A DNA stretch of 63,991 nt, counting the filler, from Nemertoderma westbladi (lineage: Eukaryota > Animalia > Xenacoelomorpha), in assembly GCA_032718475.1 (NCBI GenBank). It is 5 parts of 5 records of this genome, joined end to end, with 100 filler letters (N's around TTAATTAATTAA, not from the genome) between each part and the next. Parts side by side here need not be neighbours in the genome. Positions count along the whole stretch, not along the records: positions 1 to 14,462 come from JAUCBJ010005714.1; positions 14,563 to 29,529 come from JAUCBJ010008682.1; 3 more parts are not named here. One strand, given 5' to 3'. How positions within the stretch are numbered: the first letter of the stretch is position 1; each line of letters begins with the position of its first letter. The notes beneath the pieces were generated by a model. That model worked only from the letters and a program-made list of their open reading frames with translations, searched no databases and was not told the DNA's origin. Shown piece after piece: positions 11,268-23,014 of this stretch. A program made the translations under genes and the position numbers.

Positions 11268-12495
11268 TTGAGAGACTTCTCCGTGGAAATCAGAATGGGT
11301 TCCGTAAAGGTCGTGGCTGTTATCTTTGTTGACTTATTCAAGGCCTTTGATTCAGACTCCCGCTCACGTATGTTCAGCATACTTTCATTATATGGGATTC
11401 CTGATGAAATTATTGCAGCAATCAGATCAGTATACGATGGTTCGACAACATTTGTGTCTACTGTTGATGGTGACACAGAACTATTTGAAGTATTATGGGG
11501 AGTCCTCCAAGGAGACAAACTTGCGCCATTCTTGTTCATAATTGTGGTTGACTTTGTTCTACGCATGTCCTTAGATCATCATAATGATGAGGGGGTGATG
11601 ATAACTCCATCTACTGGCTCCAGTAGTCGAGGAAATCCTGCCAAGTACCTAACTGATCTAGACTTTACTGATGACTTAGGAGTACTCTCAGAATCACTAG
11701 AGGGAGCCCATCGGCTCCTCAGATTATTAGAACATGCTGCTTCTAGTGTTGGTCTTTTTATTGACTCCAAAAAGACCAATTTTGACATTTAACTTTGAAA
11801 GTCCTCAGCATGTCTTTGACCGGTTGAGAAAAAGCTCAACGGATGGTATGCTTGAGCGTGTGGACGTCTTCTGTTACATGGGAATATGGATCCGGAAGTC
11901 AGTCGAACGGCGAAGTTCTTCGAATACCTAAGGGAAAGGCATGGGCTGGGCTGCCTTGAATAGGCTTTCCAGGATTTGGAAGTCACCTAGAATTAATCGG
12001 AAACTTAAGGTCCGATTATTTAGAGCAGCAGTAGTTCCAGTACTCCTCTACGGGAGTCCATGCTGGGCTCTAACTGTTGAGAACACCAAATCTCTAGATG
12101 GCACATTCACAAGAATGCTACGCCGGGTTCATTGTGTCAAGTACAATGCACACATCTCCAACCAGACACTATATAACATTGGAGGTTTTTTCAATGGTTC
12201 CCCCAAGCTTGACACTAGAACAAAATCGCCTCCGCTTTGCAGGACATTGCTTTCGCCGTGAGGACCAGCCAGTGCATAATCTTGTGCTTTGGTAGCCTCA
12301 TGGAGTGAATAAGCATGGTGGACAGCCCATGACTTTCTTGAGACGCATCTTGAAGGACACTGGCCTTGAAGATGCGGATGATCTAGCAAATGTCATGGGT
12401 GATAGGGAGTTGTGGCGAAGCAATTTTGTCGTCAAGCAGGCACAACATTCTTAAAAATGCAGCTGCAATGCAGCATGCCGATCCTAGTAGTAGTA
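11268..12495 (+). mobile_element. 5'-truncated, decayed RTE-like LINE (family A)
   Basis: RT motifs ([20 protein letters not shown]); high similarity to 36013-37294; frameshifts and an internal deletion; CC(TAG)n tail. Confidence 0.9.
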
Positions 12496-13171
12496 TCCGA
12501 AGAATTTCTAACGTTCTAAACAGAGGCAATCTTTGTGAGAAATAGTTGTGGGTGTTGGTTTTTCAACTCACCTGAATATATCGAAGCTGCACCACCAAAT
12601 AGGTGGGGTGATATAGTTTATGTCCTGCTGGCTGTTCTGAGAATTTGAGCTAATTTCATTGAGTTATAGATTTAGAAACATTCTAGATAGTTGTTGTCTG
12701 AAATATAACAACAATTGAATATAATGATTTCATATTAAATATTTTTATTAGCTAATCTAACAGATTAGTTTAACAAACTATGTGGAACTTAATAAACTCT
12801 AGTCTGCTTTTGAATCTTAATAGCAAAAACCAATACTGATTATTGACAAGTTAACTTTGTTTTTTTACGTTTAATTTTAAGTTTTTTTAAAGTATAATGT
12901 TGTTTGCTGCAATTTTAAGTTCATATTGTCGACATTTATAATTTTTCGAGTTTTATATGTTACACCCAGCTGCTATACTTACTTTAGTATTTATTTAGTT
13001 AGTGGCGACCAACTGGAGTTTGTAAGTGTTGAATCATTTTAAGTTACACGAAATGTTCCAGTTCCTTCATTGACTTCACAAATTGTGTTTCTTTTTGCGG
13101 CAAATTTAGATTTAATCTATAAATAAATTAGGAATAATCAATGAAATTTAATAGAAAATTGAAGCATAGTC

Positions 13172-13350
13172 GCTAAACATCAGCTGGAGACAACGATCTT
13201 ACAAACGCCGGTCTTTATGTTACAATAACTACCACCTGTATCAACCACCCTCCATGAACGCTTACTAGCGTTCATTATTGTTCAGTGGGAAGACTGCTGG
13301 ATAAGTACACATGACTTCAGTCTAGATCTGCTTATCTACGGAACCTCTAG
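13172..13350 (+). mobile_element. Old RTE-B remnant
   Basis: CTAAACATCAGCTGGAGACAAC and ACCACCTGTATCAACCACCCTCC match 56538-56613. Confidence 0.65.
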
Positions 13351-13424
13351 TATTGACTACGTTGAATTTCATCTTAGGTTTTGGTATTAGGGATTGATAC
13401 GTTGATTTCGATTGATACGATTGA

Positions 13425-13593
13425 TTCAGTTGGCAGAGCGTGTGACTGGTACTGAGTTGTGGTACTGACTAGGTACTGAGTTCAATCCCCCCATTCCAGT
13501 GAATGTTTTTTTGTTGTAAGATTGGTAGTAAGACATTCAAGGAGACAGTTCATGCGTTAGTAGACGCGGAATTTGCGCGATTTCGCGCTTGTT
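13425..13593 (+). mobile_element. tRNA-derived SINE-like repeat
   Basis: A/B-box-like head (GTTGGCAGAGCG...GAGTTCAATCCC) and a body shared with 29356-29520. Confidence 0.6.
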
Positions 13594-13803
13594 CGCATCA
13601 AACCTGACCAGTAATTAAGTTCAATTACAGTTCCCAGATAGGGGTTCCTAGTGCCTACAGGTAATTATTATACTTACCAGTAATTATAGTTCCATATTTA
13701 AGTTCTCAGAATGCGGTTCCAAATACAACGTAACGTATAGAGTCTTTTATAAATTCCTGAACGATACCAGCTTCAAAGTTGTTTCAAAGATCTGCAGGTT
13801 TCG

Positions 13804-14462
13804 GTTAGAGTTTCACAGTCTGGTGGCAGTCTTCTGTTAGAGTTTCACAGTCTGGCAGTCTTCTGTTACAGTTTCACAGTCTGGCAGTCTTCTGTTAGAG
13901 TTTCACATTCTGGCAGTCTTCTGTTAGAGTTTCACAGTCTGGCAGTCTTCTGTTAGAGTTTCACAGTCTGGCAGTCTTCTGTTAGAGTTTCACAGTCTGT
14001 CAGTCTTCTGTTAGAGTTTCACAGTCTGGCAGTCTTCTGTTAGAGTTTCACAGTCTGGCAGTCTTCTGTTAGAGTTTCACATTCTGGCAGTCTTCTGTTA
14101 GAGTTTCACAGTCTGGCAGTCTTCTGTTAGAGTTTCACAGTCTGGCAGTCTTCTGTTAGAGTTTCACAGTCTGTCAGTCTTCTGTTAGAGTTCCACAGTC
14201 TGTCAGTCTTCTGTTAGAGTTTCACAGTCTGGCAGTCTTCTGTTAGAGTTTCACAGTCTGGCAGTCCTCTGTTAGAGTTTCACAGTCTGGCAGTCTTCTG
14301 TTAGAGTTTCACAGTTTGGCAGTCTTCTGTTAGAGTTTCACAGACTTGCAGTCCTCTGTTAGAGTTTCACAGTCTGGCAGTCTTCTGTTAGAGTTTCACA
14401 GTTTGGCAGTCTTCTGTTAGAGTTTCACAGTCTGGCAGTCTTCTGTTAGAGTTTCACAGTCT
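13804..14462. repeat. 29-bp minisatellite (GTTAGAGTTTCACAGTCTGGCAGTCTTCT), about 22 copies, runs into the gap
   Basis: Directly visible tandem period of 29 with no spacers. Confidence 0.95.
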
Positions 14463-14562
14463 NNNNNNNNNNNNNNNNNNNNNNNNNNNNNNNNNNNNNN
14501 NNNNNNTTAATTAATTAANNNNNNNNNNNNNNNNNNNNNNNNNNNNNNNNNNNNNNNNNNNN
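14463..14562. other. Artificial contig linker N44-TTAATTAATTAA-N44
   Basis: Identical 100-bp structure at four places; the 12-mer gives stops in all six frames. Confidence 0.97.
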
Positions 14563-15919
14563 GTACAGTTACCGTAACAGACCAAACTCACGGGAAAACA
14601 ATCCCCGCGCAGCGAATCCTAACTATCACTGACAGTCCTAAATACAGTAACTTGCCGCGGTGTGATTTATATGGTTTATATACGAGCTAGTGGGTTAACA
14701 GACCTAGCGTAACAACACTGACAGTCCTAAATCAGTCGAAAAGGGGTCGTACCTAAATGTAACAATAACTGATCCCCCTGTACGAAATCAGTCTAAAGGG
14801 TCAAGCCTAAATGTAACAATACCGTTGTCCAGACAAACAACAGTTTAATAACGAAAGTGAAATACTCCTTATTGCCGCAACTAAATCAGATCCTAATTTT
14901 ACAAATACAAATAATTTCCTCCTAACGTAATGTATAGTACGCTATAGCTAGTAGAACTTTAAGGGCGGTATGTTTTAGGGCGTGTGTGTGTGGGTGTGTT
15001 ACAAATAAAACAATTTCGGGTAATTCCTTTTACTAGGTTTTAGTGATTTTCTGACTAAAATGATACCGTGCGCTAGCTACTAAAATAAACTAGTCGCGTT
15101 TGTAGAACTTTATACTCACGAATGACGTCAAAGCTCTCTCCTTCCTATCCACAACCCAATGGGCAACCACAGTGTTAGTAACTACACCCGTGATCGGCAC
15201 TAATACCAGATTCTGGTTGTAAGATAAGAATAGGGGTTAATCGCTACCGTACGTTAGCTGATCTGGTATACTAATTTAATTCTAAAACTTTGTTGCTGCG
15301 GTAGTTAGCAGCAATACCTATCAGTACGTGGCAAGGCGCGGTAGGATATTAATAAACCTCCCTAGGCCAAGCAGTGTGCCGGTAGCAGAAATGCTCCTTG
15401 CCTGATCAAATAGCTAACTCCAGACAGGGGGGGGGGGGGGTACTAATGTACGTTCTACAAAGCGAACCGGTACCAAACAGTCAGTGCTATGAATCACTAA
15501 ATTATGGAACGTATGCTGTCCGTACCTAATGTGTACTCGCGTACTGACGAATGGCAATAGTTCGCACCTGTAGGAAGTACAGGTTAACCCAGGGATTCGT
15601 AGGACTTGACAAAGGGGGGGGGGTTGTCTGGATATAATTATTTGATCCTAAATTTGCGGCGTCCAGTGCGGTGTCACGCTTACCCTGATCTATAGGTCTT
15701 ACGGCGGGCAAGGGCGTCGAACAAAGTCTTACCTTTCTCACAAAGCGGGCGCTGCATGGCAAGTTGAGCATTTCGAAGGGGCAAAGGGGGTGCGCGGTCG
15801 ATCCAATGTGGGCGCTAGCGTGTTGTGGACATCCCTTCCCTGCGTTGCTTACGGCCTAACGGTCTAGGCTGCCATCTCCCTGGTGTTCGGCTGTCCCGAA
15901 GTCGGACCAAAAGAAAACA

Positions 15920-16502
15920 TGTCAGGAAATTGCAGTATATTTACAGTTTTACAAAGGGATTTATCAAACGAAGTTTCAACAAGAAACCGAATAAACTAAT
16001 TTTACAAGAATAAGCGATATCAGAATGATAACAACATGAGATATGTAACACAATTCTAAGAAGGGGTGATAACCGAAGGCAAACCGGCCTTTTATACTAG
16101 AAATTGCACATGGAAACTAAACAGAAATTTCCACAGCTTCACAATCGAGCAATGAAGTGCGTCGTGCCCTATGATTGGCCCAGCTCATCGTTCAACGCAG
16201 TCCGGCCCTTACACTAAATCTGGGACATGGAATCCTAACAGAATTTTCCACTGCCTCACATTTGAGCAATAAGATAATTTATGCCCTATGATTGGCCTGG
16301 CTCATTATTCGCTACGTTGTACGCTTCTCATTGGCCTACCAATTAGCACCACACGAAAATAAATGGCCCCAAAATACAAATTTCCCGACTGGGATTCGAA
16401 CTCGTAACCTACGTAATGTAACCAACGCCTTAACCATCTGACCACTACGCCACGAGAGTACCTAAGGGTTTTATGTGTACAAATATAAATAGGCATATTA
16501 CA
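15920..16502 (-). mobile_element. Putative 5' LTR of a third LTR element; its leader runs toward the gap at 14562
   Basis: On the minus strand: TGTAATATG...CTGACA, several CCAAT boxes, TATAAAAGG, then a PBS-like TTTTGGTCCGACTTCGG. No second copy in the window. Confidence 0.35.
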
Positions 16503-17399
16503 TTACTGTAATTTAATCAAAATACGTCGGATTTTCAAAAGTTTTTACGTTAAAGTTAAACTACAAATGCTACCTTATAGTGAAATAATTCATCAATCAA
16601 ATAATAAAATTTCAGGGAATAAATTTAAATTCATGCCTTTTAATGAATTTAATAAATTGCCATTTTTACGCAATTTATAACATTCCCAAAATTCCATTAA
16701 TTAATAGATCAAGGGAGCGGAGATTTATCTTATTATGCCTATGAGTGTGCGAAAGTCTCCCAAACATAGTCAATAGCCGATAAAATTCATAAAGTCATGT
16801 ATAAAACAGAACATTGACTATTAAAGAATACTATTAAATAACATCCCAGATCTGTATGCATTGGAACTACCCTAATTCTACCGCTAGCTTTGCATAATGT
16901 CACCATAGCAACAACCACGCTAGAATTAGAATTGAGTTAAAAGAACAATAGAAAGCTTGTCCCATTGAATAGCATAGGGAATAAATAGCGCACTACTAGT
17001 ATCCAAGGATACATAATAATACAGTGACATTCTGGAAGGCATTGACTAACGGACAAATGGCCCGAATGTGCGTAGTTGTGACCAGTTGTGTGGTATTTGT
17101 GAGTTTATAGGTGAATGTTACTGCTAAGGTGTGTTTACAGTAGCTAGTCGCAATCGTAAAAGTAACCTAACTCTCCAAGGAAAACCTGAAGTACATCTAA
17201 GTCTTTGGGACGGACAGTCGAGTGACTTGTGTCAGTTGTCGTTGTCGTTGTGCGGCTACGTCGTTGGCGAAAGTACAGCGGCGACGACACATCGGCGCTG
17301 AGGATCTCGTACTGTCCGGGGGTTGATTGGGTAGGCAGCGACGCCCGCTCGCCTAAATATAAACTCATTATAATATGGATAAACTCATATATAGCAGAT

Positions 17400-18917
17400 A
17401 TGACGGAGTTGATAGAAGATGGTCTTGGTATCGGGGAGCGATATACTCTACTTTTACAAGCGTTTGTTGATAGCTTAATACGCGGCGACGTTAGTCCAAC
17501 TGCTGCAGAGGACGATGGTCGTTATATCGAACCGACAATGTCCCAAGTGCAGCTCTCGCGGGAGTTGGACTATAGAAAATTCGCTGCTCGATATACGCAG
17601 CGTAATGGTACGTATATGGGCTTCTTAACTACTGGTCATCCTATCGATTTACACGATACGGACAATGTCGACACCAAAAGGGAAATGGTACGATTGAAAT
17701 ATCCTACCCAGCGGAGGCGGAACGATAAACCGAGAATGGAACACGAGAATTCTATTCGAAACAGACTCGAAAGAGAAAACGTTGAGGAGCCGGATAAACG
17801 CAGCGACTTCAACGATTATCTGGAATTCCTGATAGAAACATATCTCAATATTGCCAGTCAACAAAATCTAGAAACTCGATATCCTCAAGGTATACATCAT
17901 GACCGCATGGTAGAACTCAAACGGCTCGATTCCCCTATGATGTATCTTACCGCCGATCGACCGCTACCTGTTGTACCGAATAGCTTCGAACGGATGGAGG
18001 AATATTGTAAGCTGGAGAGGGATCACTCGCGTTTCCCCTACAAGACGTGCGTTTTTGGGTATTATTACGGTAAATGCCCTAGACCCAGCCAATAAACGGA
18101 AAGACATAAACATCCACGGAAACGTTGTGTTAAACACAGTGGTGTTCGTTATATTTACTGGAGTTTCGAGCGAAACTTGTTTGACGTATCACCTATGCTC
18201 ACTCGGCTCTAACGATCCTAGAGTAAACCTGTGATCAGAGTCCCGTAATACTCGGTCAAACCTCCTCGTTCCTTAGTTGGACCTCGGGCCTGCGATCCTG
18301 GTGGTGTCGCGGATCCTCGCGGACGGTATTCACTGTTCAAGATCTAGTGCTACCCTAACAATTAATCGGTAACACTCCGACAGTCATTTCTAGCTAGCCG
18401 CCCATCTTACCTAGCCGGATTATGACGCAGACACCTAATATCACTATCCAACCGTATGGTCGTCCCGTTTAACGCAATACAACCCTTCATCAAGGTGAAG
18501 GAGAGCGTTGTACGACACGAGTTGGGCGCTGTTCTATAGAGATCAACAAGGAAACCTGCGTTTGTTCAGATAAACGTAAGTTATAACATTAAGTCCAATC
18601 GATAAACGAATTGGCCTTATCTCAGTTCGATTGGGAAACCTCGAATCTCAAAGAAGATATCAAGCTTAGAAAACCCTATTCTCTGCGAGAGTTTTGGACG
18701 AACGTATCCCATGACAAGCGGAGGAAAATCAGCTCGAGGAGAAGCATATCGAAATGGACGAGACACCGACCGTAAACCCAAACCTTTTAATGCAATCATA
18801 TTGCACCCTTCACCCAGGAGTTATGGCCCTCCTAGTAAAGTGGCTTCCCCCAAAGAGAAAAGGACTCTTGCTAGCCTTAAGAAACTGCGTAAACGCCGTC
18901 CGCGCAAGAAAGACTAA
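17400..18917 (+). pseudogene. Family X internal region, copy 2: ORF-A, a decayed continuation, and only the C-terminal ~55 aa of ORF-B
   Basis: ORF-A paralogue from ATG 17400. 18755-18917 encodes TDRKPKPFNAIILHPSPRSY...KKLRKRRPRKKD, matching the end of ORF 1302-3077. The zinc-knuckle region is absent. Confidence 0.75.
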
Positions 18918-18995
18918 CTGTTTAGAGTATTTTTATATTTTAGAAACTGTGATTTTGTATATTTTATAGACTTAAATCCCATTTTCTGGGAGCGG

Positions 18996-20190
18996 TGTAA
19001 AAGCTTTTGTGGGATAACTGATTCGTTTGCCTTGTTGACCAGTTCCCCCCCAGTCGCTAAGAATACTCTCAAAGTGATCTACAGCTAAAAATAGTGCAAG
19101 TTACCAGCTTATTGGCTGATTTGCTGTACGCAGGCATCTGGGCTCTGTTTAATCGGCCAACAAGCCTAGGGAGGTTGCGTCATAGCCTTGTTTTTGTATC
19201 TCCCAATAGAATTTTGAGTTAGCCTTGATTTTGACCAATCACAGAGTACTGAACTGAAAATTTCCTATCTCACTGCTCTTTCTCTGTGTTGAACGGGAGC
19301 TTCGTGGAATAAGAGTGGTTGGTATACTCGTATAGAGCAGTAGTCACGAGTTTTTCAAAGCCACGAAAGAACGGCTTTTAGTGTTTTATGTTTTATGCTT
19401 TTTAGCTCAACACTAGTAGGTTTAATTACAAGGACATATATCCTTTAACTGACGAAACAAACACTCTGCAATTTCGTAATCACTGCATACTGCAGTACTG
19501 CATAACTGGCTTTGTGAATATTGCATACTGCTATTTGTTGTCGGTTATTCATTATATTTGTTGATGAATTATTATATTGGAATAACGAGAAATAACCCCG
19601 ACACCCAATATTCTTGATATACCGAAGGTAAGAGAGAAAGGTTACAGATAAACGATTGTGACTTATGTTAAAGTGGTTTGAAGTGAATCTAATGTTATTT
19701 GATAGACCCTACATGAGTCAGTCTGTGTTCCTTTTATATGTGACTAAAATCAGTGAAGATCGGCAGATTAGTGTGCAGTATTGTGCAGCATTGTGTATGA
19801 GTGAGTCTGTTAAAGAAGCATTCCTAAAGAATGCGCCATATATGTGAATTATAATTAAGCCATATCGTTGTGAGTAGTTTAAGTCATAACTCGGTTTATG
19901 TAGATAAAGCGCCACGTCCTAAAGGAACTGTTAATATTCCCGAAGGTAAATAATATTGTCAGAGATTATATAATACTGTCAGTCGAATAATACATTAGGC
20001 TTACATAGCAACAAAATTAAACCGTCGAACCCAATCTCCCGGGAATATCCAGCGGGTGAATGGTCGCGCACGGATTGGTTTCGACTAGTGTAGTGAATCA
20101 AATACTTGTCATAGGCTAAAAAGCGATTTAATATCTAGAAGACATCTTAATTTGGCGGGTTAAACTGCCAAAGGTCTGAAAGCGCGAACA
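18996..20190 (+). mobile_element. LTR of family X, copy 2
   Basis: Same termini as 3156-4413 and the same upstream 3' UTR/PPT; about 19080-19500 is divergent. Confidence 0.75.
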
Positions 20191-20557
20191 AGCGTGCCTA
20201 TTAACCACTTTACAACACAAATATACTGCCTACACACTAATTACCTCGGAAAGCACTGTACACTAAACCCTAAATTAGGTACAAATACTGGTACAACAAA
20301 TAATCAGTAGTTAAATATACTTGAACAGTTAAAAGAACCACGGCATCTGCTGGAGTGACCGAAGCACAAAGTCACCAGTCTTTTCCTACGCCAAGCAGCC
20401 CGTGTAGTACCGGGGTTAATTTAACTATAACGATATGTGTAACAAGCACAATTACTGTAGGAATAAACTTGGGGACATGAATGTTGCGAATAATCGCATA
20501 AACTCTGAATAATAAATATTACGCTACCCGTACAGAATACTCAAACAAAATACAAAC

Positions 20558-21082
20558 CAAACGCTGGCAGACTACCACCAAGCCTAAATAAACTACTGTA
20601 TGTGCAGATTCCAAAATGGTTAGTTAGTATGCGTTCTAACACGGTAGTACGACTTATTCTTTAAGAGGGGATTGACCTTACAGCTATGGCTGCCCCAACT
20701 TACTAACTGGCACTTTATCAGACAAACTCTACACAAGCAGCAATCTCTTCAGACCTAATAATAGCTAGACAACAATCCAGCCTACAAAATATCTGCGTAA
20801 TAACTATTACGGTACCTGAACAGACCACACAAACAAACACAGGCCAAAACGCTGGCAGAATACTGTCAAGCCTAAATAAACTACAGTATGTGCAGATTCC
20901 AAAATGGTTAGTTAGTATGCGTTCTAACACGGTAGTACGACTTATTCTTTAAGAGGGGATTGACCTTACAGCTATGGCTGCCCCAACTTACTAACTGGCA
21001 CTCTATCGGACAAACTCTACACACGCCGTAATCTCTCCAAACCCAACAACAATCCGACAACAGTCCGGCCTACAGTTATCTG
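20558..21082. repeat. Tandem duplication, period 288 bp
   Basis: AGCCTAAATAAACTAC...GCAGATTCCAAAATGG...CTAACTGGCAC at 20581 and again at 20869. Confidence 0.85.
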
Positions 21083-21254
21083 AACAATCTGAGCAGACTT
21101 ACACGTCTTCAGCTCAATATTAACTTACATGTAAATAAAACCGACAGAAATAAGTATAGTCTCAATAAAAACCAGGGCTGCAGTCCCTGATTAAGTACTA
21201 AGACCTACCGGTATACAATAATCAAAATCGAATAATACTAATGTACTTATACTG

Positions 21255-21385
21255 GAAGTACCGGTTAGGACAGTTGGGCCTACGGACCTACAGAAGTACC
21301 GGTTCTGACAGTTGGACCTACGGACCTACAGCAGTACCGGTTCTGGCAGTTGGGCCTACGGACCTACAGAAGTACCGGTTCAGGT
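21255..21385. repeat. ~38-bp tandem repeat, about 3.5 copies
   Basis: GAAGTACCGGTT...CAGTTGGGCCTACGGACCTACA repeated. Confidence 0.8.
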
Positions 21386-21446
21386 TTACCGGTCGACCGG
21401 TACTTTCAACTTTATTGCTTACTGCAATAAAGACAATAACTGTTAT

Positions 21447-22678
21447 TGTACGCGCTTTTGAAGACCTTTAGCAGTTTAACCTGCCAAAATTTATATGTCT
21501 TTTGGTTTATAAATAGACTTTAGAAGTTGACAAATATTTAATACCAATAAACACAACATTAGCAGAAGCCAGCCTAGTGCGCGTCCATTCACCCGCTGGA
21601 TATACCCGGGAGACTGGATTCTGAGGGCTTAGATTATTATTGCAGTGTAAGCTTACTGTATTATTCGATTGATCGTTAATAAATAATTTCTGACTAATAT
21701 TATTCACTTTCGGGAAATATTAACAGTTCCTTTAGGACGTGGTGCTCTATCTAGGTAAACAGAGATATGACTTATACTAATCACAACGGTAAGTCGGTAA
21801 GGCTTATGATTCACGTATGAGGCGCATTCTTTAGGAAATGCTTAGTTATCAGTCACAATCAGGCACACTACCGGTAACACACAATACTGCTCACTAATTT
21901 GCCGACCATCAATGAATTTTATCATATATAAAGAGAACAGCAACGGACTCATGTAGTGCTTATCAAATAGCATTAAATTCACTACAAACCACAATAATAT
22001 AAGTCGCAATCGCTATATATAACCCGTCTCTCTAACCTGTAGTGTATCAAGAAAATTGGGAAATTTGGGTTCTTTATAGATATTCTCCAAATAATATTCA
22101 ACCAAACAATAGTAAATAGCAGTATAATAATGTATATTGAACCGATAATGTAAAACTGAATTGCGATCAGTTGTTATGATAAGATAACAGTTATACGCTC
22201 TATAATTTAAGCCTACTAATGTTTCTTCTAAAGTATGAAAACGAATAGCTACAATAGCTAGATAGCAACAACACAACAGTGTCACAAAAACAGTAAGACT
22301 GAACACTCCTAGTATGATCGGCCGAATATCTCCACATCGACAGAAAAAATCGCTCTGATTGGCTTAAGCTAAACAAAGAACCATGTGTCCAATGGCTGTT
22401 CCCATGTCAGCAACCAGCTGTTAGATGTCGTAATCTGAATCATCAAGGCTAAGCTGTGTAAAGGTATTTGGTGCATTGCGGGTTTTTTGCCTTACCATGT
22501 CCGCCAAAACACGTATATAGAAGAATGACTTTTATGTCCGTTAAAACACTTATAACGGTACCTTGCGGGCGAGGGGAATATATATATAGTTAGAGAGCCT
22601 TTTAGAGTATTCCAGCGCCTGGGGGGAAACTGGATTGCGAAGCAAAGGGGCCAGTTATATCCCACAGAAGCTTTTACA
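21447..22678 (-). mobile_element. LTR of family X, copy 3 (solo-like; no TSD seen)
   Basis: Reverse complement of 3156-4413 along most of its length, with matching termini. Confidence 0.8.
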
Positions 22679-23014
22679 GAAACAGCGCGTGTCTGAGTTT
22701 TTTGGGGGCTAGGATTCGGTGGGGATTACCCGGGACTTATTAGATTATTCATTTCGGTTCAGTTTTTAAGTCCATTTGGGACTGGGTACGGAATTGTAAA
22801 TAACGCGAACAATATAGGAAACTCAAAACTTATTTTTATCGAATTTAGACGAGGGAATATTTGATGCATCGTAGTTTGGTTAAACACTTCTAGACCGTTA
22901 ATGGTAGGAAGCAGAGATATCTGTTGGTATTGTTGTACAATGTTTAAATATTAATGTGAGAACGAATAATCAGCAGCACAATTATTATTAATGGGAGGAC
23001 AAATATTGTTGTTA

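Noticed and set aside
13804-14462. 29-bp repeats as a CRISPR array
   Set aside because: Head-to-tail repeats with no spacers.
14463-14562. TTAATTAATTAA inside N runs (four times) as a biological motif
   Set aside because: Identical 100-bp construct with six-frame stops; a concatenation linker.
17229-17399. N-terminal extension of ORF-A from the GTG start
   Set aside because: Low-complexity extension from a non-ATG codon; both copies share the ATG context CAGATATGAC, so 17400 (or a splice acceptor just before it) is more likely.
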